Below, piece after piece: positions 63,010-64,000 of a DNA stretch of 64,000 nt. The notes under the pieces were generated by a model, which saw only the letters and a program-made list of their open reading frames with translations, searched no databases and was not told the DNA's origin. The stretch's first letter is position 1; the number at the start of each line of letters is the position of its first letter. This stretch comes from Okamejei kenojei. Taxonomy: Eukaryota. The DNA is taken from assembly GCA_035221665.1 (NCBI GenBank), contig CM069162.1, positions 25,358,001 through 25,422,000 of the forward strand, written 5' to 3'. A program made the translations under genes and the position numbers.

Positions 63010-64000
63010 TCGGTGAAAGCGGTCTGAAGCTCAGTGTTAGTAGATGAACCTTATCTCCAATTCCCATTCATTGTCCCGCAAATATTTTGATTGCAACAAT
63101 TTATTTTCCTCCCATACATAGTTTCATTCCAATATGCTCTCTTAAATCACCAAGTTTTACAAAAAAAAATCAACATTGATTTCCAGCGCTGCACGATTGA
63201 TTTCAGCACGAGGTTGAAAGAGCATGTGACAAAATGTTAAATATGTCCTGAAATAATATATACAGTTATAAAAATTCTCGCACTATAAAAGGGAAGTGAA
63301 ATCTGGCGAATTGGTGCCTGGAGCTACAGAGAGCGAAGCGTTTAAAGATGAAAGTGCGAGAAATAAAAGGGCTCAATTTAATCTGCCTTAAAACCCTTCA
63401 ACATAACGTTGTGCTTAAAAGTCCCCACAGTAGCTGATTGGGGCTAAATACACTTCTAACCATAGCTAGCAGCTATTACACTCATCGGGAACACAGCCCC
63501 TCATTCACACAGCGCCGTTTTCATTACTTTCTTTAATAAGCCTTAACATTATTAAATGTCAGAGAGATGAGAGAGAAAGAACAATCCAGCAAAAATCTCT
63601 GCTTAGAAAAGGAGTGAGGGCATTAAAGCCTCGGCCCCGAGTTACCCCAGTAAAGACACAAATTAACTTGAGATATGTTTGGGTTTCCTGTCGTTCTGGA
63701 AAATATAAATAATTATACCAAACAAATCGCTTAAAGAGACAAGACTATCCGTTGACACTTTCTAGCCGTTTGTATTATGTATCGCAAGTATTGGAGGCCG
63801 AGCGATAGGGGAAATGCCCATTAAGTCATTGCTTTTTTAAAGTTGTGTAGCAATACTCCCAGTTTGGAACCAATGGTTATCGATGATTGGGGGGAGGGAG
63901 GGAGGGGTGGGGGTGGGGTGTTGGTCGGAATGTTGCGCGGGTATTAATGTCCAGGGCCGTTCATCAGCTCAGGTCACCGGACGCCCGCCTTTTGATCAGT

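Noticed and set aside
62506-63067. Long ORFs spanning 62506-63067
   Set aside because: Artefacts of the N gap.

Overview
Eukaryotic, essentially non-coding DNA. The repeat content (CR1, Rex1/Babar, RTE and L2 LINE relics, HE1-like V-SINEs, many Penelope-derived short repeats, one non-autonomous Helitron) suggests a cartilaginous fish, probably a skate or ray (inference). No intact protein-coding gene is recognisable: the only ORFs with real protein homology are retrotransposon RT or endonuclease fragments. Between repeats lie many repeat-free blocks rich in homeodomain/Sox motifs and a few CpG-rich islands. They look like enhancer/CNE sequence in a gene desert beside a developmental regulator, and are densest near the right end, which also has a 396-N gap. 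The main discovery is a ~110-145 nt short retroposon in two copies (6194-6338 +, 19626-19736 -). Its whole 5' half folds into a minimal HDV/CPEB3-type self-cleaving ribozyme, its 5' end sits at the predicted cleavage site, it ends in a (GAA)n tail, and it is flanked by target-site duplications. A second, more abundant family of Penelope-derived ~130 nt repeats is headed by minimal hammerhead ribozyme cores. Repeat boundaries were read by eye and are approximate unless stated otherwise.
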